Shown here in pieces: positions 48,901-59,764 of a DNA stretch of 64,000 nt. Source of the DNA: Malacoraja senta (Eukaryota). Position numbers and translations under genes: made by a program. Location of the stretch: the NCBI GenBank assembly GCA_038087875.1, contig CM075996.1, positions 1,552,001 through 1,616,000 on the forward strand, in the 5' to 3' direction. Within the stretch, counting starts at the first letter, position 1; the number at the start of each line of letters is the position of its first letter. The notes under the pieces were generated by a model that ran no database searches, was not told the DNA's origin, and worked only from the letters and a program-made list of their open reading frames with translations.

Positions 48901-51900
48901 AAGTTTGACATCTCATGCAGAATAGTTTGCAAAAGCACACTGCAGATCCCTAAATTACCCTCTCCACACGTCGATAATTAATTACTGTCTGTAGCCCTTT
49001 GCTCCCTAGCACCATTCTATTAATTGCCATACTTGAGTCAACTTTTTCACCATAAATTCACGTGCTAACATTTAAGTTGTCAAAGCAGTCCTAAGGTCAG
49101 TGCGACTTAGAATTTGCAGCATTGCTTCCCCACTCCTAATTAGTTGTGTGTCTGTGTATTGCTAAGGATTTGAGGGGATTAGCTGCAGGGAGAGGTTGGA
49201 CATGCTATGACTATGTTCCTTGGACCGCAGGAAGCTGAGGTTTCTTATAGAGAAACAAGGAACTGCAGATGCTGAAGAGATGAAATGCTGGCTGAAAGAA
49301 GGGGGGGTTAAAAGGGACATGGGGACCTCAGGTGATGCATGTATGGAGCAGGTGAAGGAACAGAGTGATTGGGGTGGTGGGGAAAATGTGTGAGCATTTA
49401 CGTGAGGGGGGCAGAGGAAAGAGATTGAGGTATATTATCTGCAAAAGGGTCCCAACCCGAAACGTCACCTATCCATGTTCTCCACAGATGCTGCCTGACC
49501 CGCTGAGTTACTCCAGCACTCTGTGAAACGTCACCTATCCATGTTCTCCACAGATGCTGCCTGACCCGCTGAGTTACTCCAGCACTCTGTGAAACGTCAC
49601 CTATCCATGTTCCCCACAGATGCTGCCAGACCCGCTGAGTTACTCCAGCACTCTGTGAAACGTCACCTATCCATGTTCCAGCAGCATCTATAGAGCGAAG
49701 GAAATAGGCAACGTTTCGGCCCGAAACCCTTCCGGGTTTTGGCCCAAAACGTTGCCTATTTCCTTCAGGGTTTCGGCCCGAAAGGTTGCCCATTTCCTTC
49801 GCTCCACAGATGCTGCCTGACCCGCTGAGTTACTCCAGCACTGTGTCTGTGAAACGTCACCTATCCATGTTCTCCACAGATGCTGCCTGACCCGCTGAGT
49901 TCCTCCAGCACTCTGTGAAACGTCACCTATCCATGTTCCCCACAGATGCTGCCTGACCCGCTGAGTTACTCCAGCACTCTGTGTCTTTTTTGGGGCGCAT
50001 TATCCTCCCTCCTACACTGAGCCTCAGCTCTCTCTGCCACTTGGATTGATGGTGTAAATACAAGGCAATGTGGAATTGGCTGCAATCACACACAACTGTT
50101 TGAAGGTAATGGGGGAGGAGAAAAAACGAAGCCAACTGGTTTTCCCCATTGAGCTGGCGCTGTGTGGAGCGGAGGAACACAAACTGGTGTGCCCTCAAGT
50201 CCCTGTCTTTGCCTCACAGATACGTGGCCTGTGCCTCTAGCGAAGAGGAACATAATATGACGGTGTTCCAGTATCGCGGCAAAATCTACTACCGGGCCTG
50301 CCAGACCATCGCCGCTGGCAATGAGCTCCTGGTGTGGATCGGTGAGGAATACGCCAGGACCTTGGGGCTGAAGTTGGGTAGGTCCTAAACAATCAATCAC
50401 TCACTGGGACGTTACTGTCATGTGTACCTACGTACAGCGAAAGTCTGTTCTTTTGGCATACTGCTCAGTGGCAATCCTACTATAGATTTGGTATAATCAT
50501 ACTGAGTGTAAAACAGTAGACCACACTGAGTCCGTACACAAGAGCCGCCACGTTTTAGGTGCCACCTTAGACTCCAGTCCACAGAAGATCACCGTTGTTG
50601 GGGTTAGTGTTGTGCAGTGTTCAAGAACCTGATGCCTGGTTGTTGGGAAGAAGCTGTTCTTGGCTCATTTTTCCTTCGTCCCGATGGTAGCAGCGAGATG
50701 AGCGCGTGGCCAGGGTGGTGCGGGTCTCTGATGATATTGGCCGCCATTTTGAGGCAGCGCCTCCCTTGATGTTGGGGAGGTCAGTACTCGTGGTGGACCG
50801 GGCATCCACCACTCTCTGTGGTCTCCTTCAAAGTTCAGCGTTCAAGTTGGCGAACCAGGCTCTAATGCAACCAGCATGCTCTCTACTATACACCTGGTGT
50901 TCACCTGTACAACTAGGCGGCAGTCCTGAACTACCATCTACCTCACTGGAGACCCTCGGACTATCTTGCACTAAACATTATGCACGTGATTCCCTTTATC
51001 GTGTACAGTGTGGAGGGCTCGATTGTAATCATGTATTGTCTTTCCGCTGACTGGTTAGCACGCAACAAAAGCTTTTCACTGTACCTCGGTACACGTGACA
51101 ATAAACTGAACTCAGCTCAAACTCAAGTTAGCAAAATTGGTGAGTGAGTCACACTGTGTGTTAACCTCGCCTGTAGAGTGTAGCGATACAGCATAGAAAC
51201 AGGCCCTTCGGCCCACCATGTCCATGCTGACCCTCGATCACCAGTTCTATGTTAATCGCACTTTCTGATCCACTCCCTACACACTAGGGGGCAATACACA
51301 GAGGGACAGTTAACTTACAAACCCGCATGTCTTTGGGATGTGGGAGGAAACCGGGGCACCCGGAGGAAACCCACGCGGTCACAGGGAGAACGTGTGAACT
51401 CCGTACAGACAGCACCTGAGGTTGGGATTGAACTCGGGTCTCTGAGGCTGTGAGGCGGCAACTCTATTGGCTATAACACTGCTGACCCGTGAATCTGTAA
51501 TGATATTAAAGGTGTATTTGGGATTGGAATTAGCTGCAGACAAATGGAGAGGCCAGTAAATCCGATGAATGAATAAAACATTCTTGGATCTATGATGGTT
51601 GGGAGAAAGCTGAACCTCTTTCTCTTTTTATTAGGTGAACATTTTAAGTATGAGTTTGGAGAGAAAGAGCTGCTTATGAAGTTGTTTCAGGACCTCCAAA
51701 CCAAGGTTCCCAAAGAGATGTCAAGTCACAAGAAAGCCCAAGGGCAGCATAACTGCAGGGACTTTGTGGCCTCCATCATCCAATCCCACGAGAGCAGCCT
51801 GAGGCGAGAGGTCCCTGGCGCCCTGCGGGAGGGCACGAGGAACAACCTGGTCAGCCTGGGCCGAGCGCAGAGCCGTTACTGGACCTTCTTCGGTTTTCAG

Positions 51901-53646
51901 GGAGACGCCTTGGGCCGCATCTTGGACAAGACCAAGATCATCTGCAAGCTGTGCGGGGTGAGGTTGTCGTACAGCGGCAACACCACCAACTTGAGGCAGC
52001 ACCTGATCTACAAGCACAGGCAAGAGTACAACCAGCTGGTGGGAGGGACGGCCGCACCGCAGAAGGAGACCCAGGACCACCCGGCCAGGACCTCCATGGT
52101 GATGACCACCCCTGTCGGGAGAACCACCAGGGCCATCTCAGATTTCATTGTGACCGACCTTCTGCCACTGAGGACCATTGAGGGGGAGGGTTTTGTCCAG
52201 ATGATGAGCGTGTTGGAGCCCACCTACAAGATCCCCACCGTGGCCTTCTTTGCTCAGACAGTGCTACGGGACATGTACGCCCAGGCCAAGCTGAGGGTGA
52301 TGGATTCCATGAAGTCGCAGAGGCACTGCACGGTCAGCATTGACCTGTGGAAGCACGAGCAGTCACGCTCCTACGTCACGGTCAGTGCCCACCAGGTGGA
52401 CAGCTCCTTTGACCTCAGGATCTACGTGCTGTCCACCCGGGCGGTCGGCGAGGAAGGCACGGCGGAGAAGGTCCGGGCGGCCCTGCTGGACGTCGCCAAC
52501 GAGTGGAGCATCGGGGAGCGGACCTGGCTCTCCATCATGGCCAGCAACGTGGACGTCAGGATGGCGGTCACCAAGCTGGGCTGGAAGACTCTGCCATGCA
52601 TCGGGCACGCTCTGCAGAACTGCGTAGACTCGGCACTGCAGCAGCCACCCATCCTGCGCACGTTGGACCGCTGCAAGAAGCTGATGGAGAACGTGTCCTC
52701 CTTTCCGGCTCTGAGCGACAAGGTGGGCTCCAGCGAGGTCCTCCACAAGTTCCAGTCCAGGACGTTTCCCGCAGGCAGCGTGAAGTGGTTCAGCACCTAC
52801 GATCTGCTGCAGAACCTTCAGGACCATCGTTCGTTCCTGGATGGTCTGAGCGAGGAGCACGAGGGTGAGGGGTTGGGTCTGAGAGCCGAGGACTGGCAGG
52901 TGGTCCAGGAGATCACGGGCATCCTGAAGCCCCTGGCCATCGCCACGTCCACCTTGACCAAGGAACGTTTCTCCAGCCTGTCGCTGGTGAAGCCGGTGGT
53001 GACCAGCCTGATCTACAAGCACCTGGCCACCAACGAGGGCGACTCGGAACTGGCCCACGACGTCAAGCAGGCGATCCGCACCGACCTGGACCAGTGGTAC
53101 GCCGACCGCGAGGTCAACCGCGTGCTCAACCTGGCCTGCGCTCTGGACCCGCGCTTCCGGGGCTTGGACTTCCTCAGCCAGGTGGAGAAGGTGGAGACCT
53201 TCCACGCCCTGAGGCAGGAGACCGCTCAGCTGGCGAGACTCCAGCCGCAACCTGGCGACCCCGAGATGTCCAGCTGCGGCCCCGAGCCGGCCAAGAAGCC
53301 CCGGCCGGACTCAGGCATCGAGTTCCTGCTGGGCGACCTGTGCAACGTGAGGAGTGCCTCGGTCAACTCGGTCAACCAGCAAGCGGAGCAGGAAATCAGC
53401 GGCTTCCAGACCAGCGAGGCGGCCGCGCTCTGCCAGGACCCCCTGCAGTGGTGGAAGGCCCACCACACCCAGTACCCGCTCCTCGCCACTGCCGCACGCA
53501 AGCTGCTGGCAGTGCCCGCCACCGCCGTGCCCGGCACCTGGATCTTCACCCAAGCCGGTCAGGATGTCTACGGCAAGCGCTCAGACCTGGCACCGGAGCA
53601 CGTGGACATGCTGGTGTTTATGCACGGAAACCACAAGTCAGCTTAA
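40287..53646 (+). CDS. Spliced gene: PRDM9/7/11-like zinc knuckle + PR/SET domain fused to ZBED1-like hAT transposase-derived module (predicted 848 aa; join 40287-40335,46424-46686,47715-47779,50220-50377,51635-53646)
   Basis: All four introns are GT-AG with pyrimidine-rich acceptors. Exon lengths 49+263+65+158+2012 = 2547 nt = 848 codons + TAA, and phases 1/0/2/1 match. The translation shows PR-domain motifs followed by BED finger and hATC motifs. Confidence 0.9.
41439..42423 (-). pseudogene. DIRS tyrosine recombinase, frameshifted; H-x-x-R reads HSTS
   Basis: N-terminal SYSAINTARSALS, then LVSAQRVQSL and HST(S)AAS...AGWS..TF..FY, split over three frames. Confidence 0.88.
42411..42836 (-). 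pseudogene. DIRS methyltransferase-like (MT) domain
   Basis: DIDLFASRLNHQV, YAFPPF and LIVPHWPTQPWFP motifs directly after RNase H. Confidence 0.85.
42808..44428 (-). pseudogene. DIRS reverse transcriptase + RNase H, frameshifted near 43780
   Basis: RIIIDL..LN, SIDLKDAYYTVPI, YLDD, TDASAQGWG, INYLEM, QIDN and NTVADTRSR motifs. Confidence 0.92.
44356..45604 (-). pseudogene. DIRS ORF1 (gag-like), disrupted
   Basis: ORF pieces 44988-45563 and 44356-44814. LALL......IN.LR..... and LLFG.DL motifs and the position upstream of RT fit DIRS ORF1. Confidence 0.7.
46024..46134 (-). mobile_element. Isolated second copy of the DIRS 3' terminus
   Basis: Near-identical to 40950-41060. Confidence 0.85.
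46424..46686 (+). CDS. Zinc knuckle (CEEC...CPHHG) and N-terminal PR/SET domain exon
   Basis: ccag| acceptor and gcg|gtaagg donor. Translation: CEECRLYFRDSCPHHGAPTFVPDRMVLEREPSRALRTLPEGLAVKERRQGGLGVWCTLTVVPRGCIFGPFDGDVLTDRNDCTVYSWA. Confidence 0.93.
47715..47779 (+). CDS. PR/SET middle exon: LRENGSYYYMDASDETKANWMR
   Basis: ttcttctctttcag| acceptor and ag|gtatgg phase-2 donor. The D-x-x-D...ANWMR motif is diagnostic of PR domains. Confidence 0.93.
50220..50377 (+). CDS. PR/SET C-terminal exon: YVACASSEEEHNMTVFQYRGKIYYRACQTIAAGNELLVWIGEEYARTLGLKL-G
   Basis: cctcacag| acceptor and g|gtaggt phase-1 donor. The ExNx..FQY..IYYR...ELLVWxGxEY motif of PR domains is present. Confidence 0.93.
51635..53646 (+). 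CDS. Terminal exon: ZBED1-like domesticated hAT transposase (BED finger ~51871-52017, CxxH motif, basic PAKKPRP putative NLS, hATC dimerisation domain ~53380-53640)
   Basis: tctctttttattag| acceptor, then an uninterrupted GC3-rich 2-kb ORF. SRYWTFFGF...CKLC...YSGNTTNLRQHLIYKH resembles the ZBED1 BED finger. LDPRFRGL and DPLQWWK..YP.LA..ARK.L..PAT are hAT motifs. Confidence 0.93.
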
Positions 53647-53986
53647 TCCACAGACAGAGATGCGGAGAGAGAGAGAGAGAGAGAGATGTCTCACATTCCA
53701 CGCTTCTTCTCCAGGCGATGGGAAGAAGCTCTGCTGGTAGCGTTCATTGCCCGGGTGGGCTGAGACCACGTGGATGGATGTCCCGGCTGCCACGTGATGC
53801 CGAGACCAGGGACCGGTTTGCTGCATGTCCATTGCCGCTGCAGTGGCACCCTATCTGCATCCAATCAGCCCGCCAGCATGCATTGGTCCCAATAGGTACC
53901 GCATGCCGTTCTGCATTTGGGCCATTCTTTGGAAAGTAAACCAACGTGTCACATACGTGACCATGTGTCATCACATAAAGTGATAC

Positions 53987-53992
53987 ATTAAA
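53987..53992 (+). terminator. Candidate polyadenylation signal ATTAAA
   Basis: A PAS-like hexamer about 340 nt after the stop codon; not verified. Confidence 0.3.
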
Positions 53993-56900
53993 AGATTCTT
54001 GCAAGAGATGAGCCTTATTCATTGCTATTTTCCTATCGACGGAACTATGATGCATGTCTGCTAAAGTTACTAACATTCTAGCTTTTTAAAATTCACAGAG
54101 TTTGTAAGATAGGTTATGAAAAGAAATGCTTCCGAGTGAGGTCACACACGTGGCCAGTCATATTTGACCTCTGACCCTAAACAAACATTGTCAGCATAAC
54201 AGAAAAATTTCATTTGCTAAACTTCGAAATAGCAAACTAGGAATCATATACATAGTGCAAAACAATATACCTTCAATGCTTTCAGAATTAGAAGAATTGT
54301 ATTCCACAGTTTTTCATATTTTTGGCACACACGTAACTAGGAATGGGCCATTTCCTCATGCACGTCAGTACCCAGGTCCATCCCGCATCTCCTCAACCCG
54401 TTCAGCCATAGGCTCACAGAGACAGGAGACAGGCCCTTCGGCCCATCACGTCTGCACCAACCATCAACCACCTGTTCATACCAACCCAATGTTATCGTAC
54501 AATCCCCACTCCATGGGAAAGCACATCAGCTTTTCCTAAGATGGACACAAGTGCCAGAGTAACTCAGCGGGTCAGGCAGCATCTGTGGAGAACATGGATA
54601 GGTGACGTTTCACAGAGTGCTGGAGTAACTCGGCGGGTCAGGCAGCATCTCTGAAGAACATGGATAGGTGACGTTTCACAGAGTGCTGGAGTAACTCAGC
54701 GGGTCAGGCAGCATCTGTGGAGAACATGGATAGGTGACGTTTCACAGAGTGCTGGAGTAACTCAGCGGGTCAGGCAGCATCTGTGGAGAACATGGATAGG
54801 TGACGTTTCACAGAGTGCTGGAGTAACTCAGCGGGTCAGGCAGCATCTGTGGAGAACATGGATAGGTGACGTTTCACAGAGTGCTGGAGTAACTCAGCAG
54901 GTCAGGCAGCATCTCTGGAGAACACGGATAGGTGATGGTTTGTGTTGGAATAATCAGGGTGTGACTTGTCCTTAATTATGTTGGTGGCCTTGCCGAGGCA
55001 GCATAAGGTGTAGATGGAGTCAATGGAAGGGAGGTTGGTTTGTGTGATGGTCTGGGCTGCGTCCACAATTCTCTGCAATTTCGTGCGGTCTTGGGTGGAG
55101 TTGTTCCCAAACCGTGCTGTGATTCATCCCAATAAAATGGTTTATACTGCATGTCTGCAGAAGTTGGCGAGAGTTGTTGGGGACATTGCCGAACTTCCTA
55201 TGCCTACTAGGGAAGCAGAGGCTATGTGAGCGGTGAAGGTGGAAACACAGTCGCAGGCTCCACAAGAATGGGACTGGCGCTGTTGATCGATGAGGCTCGA
55301 CAGGGCAGGATGTGATGATCGCAGGCCAGATGGCTATGGGCCAATTCTGGGATTAACCTGGCGATTACTGGCCGAGGAGACTGTGGCATTCTGGGGTTCC
55401 AGCTGCCTGCATCCACCACATAAACATCGGTGACATTTAGCCAGGAGTGGCAATTGTACCAATAATCTCATTAGTATCAGTCGTTATAGAACAGCGGAAC
55501 AGGGCCTCGAGTCCAAGTCATCTACGCCAACCAAATTCTGAAGAAGGGTCTCAACCCGAAACATCACAGATTCCTTCTCTCCAGACATGCTGCCTGACAC
55601 GCTGAGTTACTCCAGCTGTTTGTGTCTATTTGCTGTTTAAACCAGCACCTGCAGTTCCTTCCTGCACTACAAACCAAGTTATCTGTCTGAAGAAGGGTCC
55701 CAACCTGAAACATCGCCTATCCATGTCCTCCAGAGATGTTGCCTGACCCGCTGAGTTACTCCAGCTACTTTGTGCTCCATGGAAGATTCCACTATCTGCA
55801 GTTTCTTGTGTCTTTAACTGCTTTTCATCAGCTATTTATATGTTGCAGATAATATATTTTTCTGTAAATAGTTGATTTTGTAGTTTTCTTCTTCATTTAA
55901 TGCATCCTCTAATGGGCATCCATACCTGGTGGACATTCTCAGTGGGTTATCTGTAATGTTGTATTTGTTTCTAGTCTGTGTTTACCATCTTTCTGTTGAG
56001 ATCCTCAGAGCAGATTTAGTCGCAGTTCCCAGTGGAGAGGATGTAGACAAATCATTTCTTTAAAATATAGAACTTTTAAGTGGATAAAAGCAAATAAAAA
56101 GAACTCCATTTTTGCTGTAAACTTGGAATACAGAAAATCCCTGAATGTATTAGATGTCAGGCAGAAAGAGAGAATGTTTCACCCCAATGGTTTTGCAACA
56201 GAGTTGGAAGAGATGTATTAGTTTATAAGTCACCTGTTCATAAAACCAGTCCTTTATTCATCTCACTCTCTGCATATTCCACACACTTACCTGGGTCTGC
56301 GGTTACTTTATCAACTAAAAACAATCCCTGGTGCCAATTCCCTTTTGCTGGCTTTCTTTGATTTAATCACCGACCAAATCAGTCCTGATTTCTCACTAAC
56401 TACATGCGCATCTTAACGATAGAATAGGGCGGCAGCGGGTAGAGCTGATGCCTCACAGCGCCAAAGACCCGGGTCTCTGTAAGCGCTGTAAGCACTGTAA
56501 GGCAGCAATGCTACTGCACCACTGTGCCGCTTTGTGTCTATCTTTAGAAAGACAACCTTTGTTCACGCCACGAAGGGTCCTGAACCGAAAAATCACCTAT
56601 CCATGTTCTCCACAGATGCTGCCTGACCCGCTGAGTTACTCCAGCACTCTGTGAAACGTCGCCTACCCATGTTCTCCACAGATGCTGCCTGACCCGCTGA
56701 GTTCCTCTAGCACTCTGTGAAACGTCACCTATCCATGTTCCGGCAGCATCTATGGAGTGAAGGAAATAGGCAACGTTTAGGCCCGAAACCCTTCCGGGTT
56801 TCGGCCCGAAACGTTGCCTATTTCCTTCAGGGTTTCGGCCCGAAAGGTTGCCCATTTCCTTCGCTCCACAGATGCTGCCTGACCCGCTGAGTTACTCCAG

Positions 56901-58440
56901 CACTCTGTGAAACGTCACCTATCCATGTTCCCCACAGATGCTGCCTGACCCGCTGAGTTACTCCAGCACTCTGTGAAACGTCACCTATCCATGTTCTCCA
57001 CAGATGCTGCCTGACCCGCTGAGTTACTCCAGCAATCTGTGACCTTCTCTTCAATACCTTGCTCCACAAATGGAATGATGAACAGTTTGGATGGTGGAGT
57101 AACACTGAGCTGGTGCCTCAGGAGAGCTAATTTCTATTAATAGACGGAATTATTAATGGTATTTTTCATATAGTTCAGTCTAATACACCACCTGCAGATT
57201 GTAAATAATCCATTAAGAAGGATTATCATACAAGGTCTTCGATTACTGCAATTAACAAAATCCATGCCCAGTAACTTTGTTTTAATGGGCAAACATCTAA
57301 TTTATTCTACAAACTCTTATGATTCTTTAGCTTTATTCAGTTCAGTGCTCATTTCTCCCACCATCTCCCACGTCCAGCAGCCACCCTGCTCGATTACCCT
57401 CCTGCATACTTGGGGGATGTTTGGGGAGCCCAGAACCAGGGGTCACACAGTTTAAGAATAAGCGGTCGGCCATTTAGGACTGAGATGAGGAAAAACATTT
57501 TCACCCAGAGAGTTGTGAATCTGTGGAATTCTCTGCCACAGAAGGCAGTGGAGGCCAATTCACTGGATGTTTTCAAGAGAGAGTTAGATGTAGCTCTTAG
57601 GGCTAACGGAATTAAGGGATATGGGGAGAAAGCAGGAACGGGGTACTGATTTTAGATGATCAGCCATGATCATGTTGAATGGCGGCGCTGGCTCCAAGAG
57701 CCGAATGGCCTACTCCTACACCTATTTTTCTATGTTTCTATCTCCCATCCCCGAGTCCCCCGTCTCCATTTTATACGCCCTCTTTTCTCTCTCTCCTGCA
57801 GACTTCAGTTCTGCAGGTCCTGAGGTCCAGTGCAGAGGCCAGGTGTGAAACAATGGTCCAAGCGCAAAATACCGCAGATGCTGGAAATCAGAAATAAAAG
57901 GTCACCGACCTGAAATGTCGCCGCTGGCTATCTCTCCACAGATGTTGCGCAGTTTGCTGAGTATTTATAACCTTTCTGTATGTTTGGTTAAATTTCAGAT
58001 TTCCTGCATCTGCAGTAACATAAGATCATAAGTAGCAGAATATGGCCATTTGGCTCATCATCACTCCACCATTTGATCATGGCTGAGTTGTAAACCCTCT
58101 TCTCTTACCTTTTACCTCTCAACCCTATTCTCCTGTCTTCTTCTGGTGGGCCGAATGGCCTGTTTCCATGCTGTATCTCTAAACTAAACTAAACTGGGAG
58201 CAACTCAATATGCCAACGTGGTTGGCAAGGACAAGGTGGGCCGAAGGGCCTGTTTCCCTGCTGTATCTCTAAACTAAATTATTCCAGCACCTGCAGTTCC
58301 TTGTATCTCGTACTTCCTTGCTTGTTTGTAGACCAAAGCTGCCTGGCTAGCTGCAACGAAAATGGAGAAACAAGGAACTGCAAGCACTGGTTTACAAAAA
58401 AAAGACACAACCTGCTGGAGTAACTCAGCAGCTCAGGTAG

Positions 58441-58516
58441 CATCTCTGGAGAACATGGAAAGGTCTGAAGAAGGGTCCCGACCCGAAACGTCACCTATCC
58501 ATGTTCTCCAGAGATG
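58441..58516 (+). ncRNA. Minimal type I hammerhead ribozyme-like motif in a Penelope-type terminal repeat
   Basis: AGGT-CTGAAGA-A-GGGT(CCCG)ACCC-GAAAC-GTC-ACCT, embedded in a longer inverted repeat. Confidence 0.6.
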
Positions 58517-58780
58517 CCACCTGACCTGCTGAGTTGCTCCAGCACTTTGTGTCTATCTTTGGAAAGACAACCCTTGTTCATACCAAGAAGGGTCCCGACC
58601 CGAAACGTCACCTATCCATGTTCTCCAGAGATGCCGCCTGACCTGCTGAGTTGCTCCAGCACTTTGTGTCTATCTTTGGAAAGACAACCCTTGTTCATAC
58701 CAAGAAGGGACCCGACCCGAAACGTCACCTATCCATGTTCTCCAGAGATGCCGCCTGACCTGCTGAGTTGCTCCAATACT
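58470..58780 (+). repeat. 117-bp tandem repeat, about 2.7 copies
   Basis: 39-aa periodicity in ORF 58514-58972. Confidence 0.85.
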
Positions 58781-59764
58781 TTGCATTGCATCAAAAATTC
58801 CGTTGCAATCAGCAAGGTTTCTTCTTTCATCAATTATTCATGCTCACTGTCTCTGTGGAACTTCAATTCATTTAAAACGAACCAACCTTTTTATCCCATT
58901 GTACATAAGCTGACACTTATTGATATTGAGGCTGACAGAGAGTGTTGTTGTGTTGATGGGGACAGGATATGATCTGGGTGGAGGGACAAGTCTCCTTTGC
59001 CTGCATGGCTTGGGTTTGTTGTTCCTGCAACCTTCTCACTCCAGCTAACTGGCCCTCAAAACCATCTGATGGAAGTTCACAGGTCATAGGAACAGGTTCA
59101 CAGGTTATTCGGCCCATCGAGTAAACGTTTTGTACACGCCAATGGAATCACCTCTCGTTCGTTTACCTTCTGGCCCACTTAGACGTAATCTGCACAATTT
59201 CTTGCAATAAAACAGAATGCCCTGGATGAACTCAGCATCTGCGGAAGACGTGGACCGGCGACGCTTCGGGTCAGGAACCCTCTTCGGAATGATTGTAGGC
59301 AAAGGGGGAAAGGAAATGTGGGGCAAACCTGGCAAGTGATGGGTGGATACAGGGGGGGGAGGTTTGATTGGCAGATTGGGGTGGAGTACGTGGAGGTGAA
59401 AAGGAGACAAAAGTGGCGACATGAGGAGTGACGTAAAGCCGCAGGGAGGAATGTACGCGGAAGGAGGAGGAGGGCAGGGGAAAGGGGGAAATACAAGGGA
59501 AATGAGGGAGTCGGGGATGGGTGATGAGTGTACAAAGGAGGGGAAAGGAGCAGAATGATGGTGGTGGGCTGAAAGGGTTGTTTATATAGAATTGGAGAAT
59601 TCAACGTTCCATTCGGTTGTTTAGCTGCTTAATCTCTCGTACAACAACCTACCATTCCAGGAATCAATCTGATGAACTTCTGTCTTCTTCCTTAAGTCCT
59701 GTAAGAAATAGTCCAGATAATCCATCCAGAATTATCCATTCATGAGGCATTTAGAATATAGAAT

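Noticed and set aside
46424..50377. Calling the gene PRDM9 or PRDM11 outright
   Set aside because: There is no KRAB, SSXRD or C2H2 array, key tyrosines are altered and similarity is mixed. Orthology needs phylogeny and synteny.
51592..53646. Stand-alone 684-aa transposase ORF or active hAT element
   Set aside because: The first 14 codons are an intron polypyrimidine tract ending in a phase-compatible acceptor at 51634. No TIRs or TSD were seen and catalytic residues are missing.
51721..53939. Long antisense and alternative-frame ORFs over the ZBED exon (e.g. 52363-53250 -, 53094-53939 +)
   Set aside because: Shadow ORFs caused by high GC3, with no recognisable motifs.
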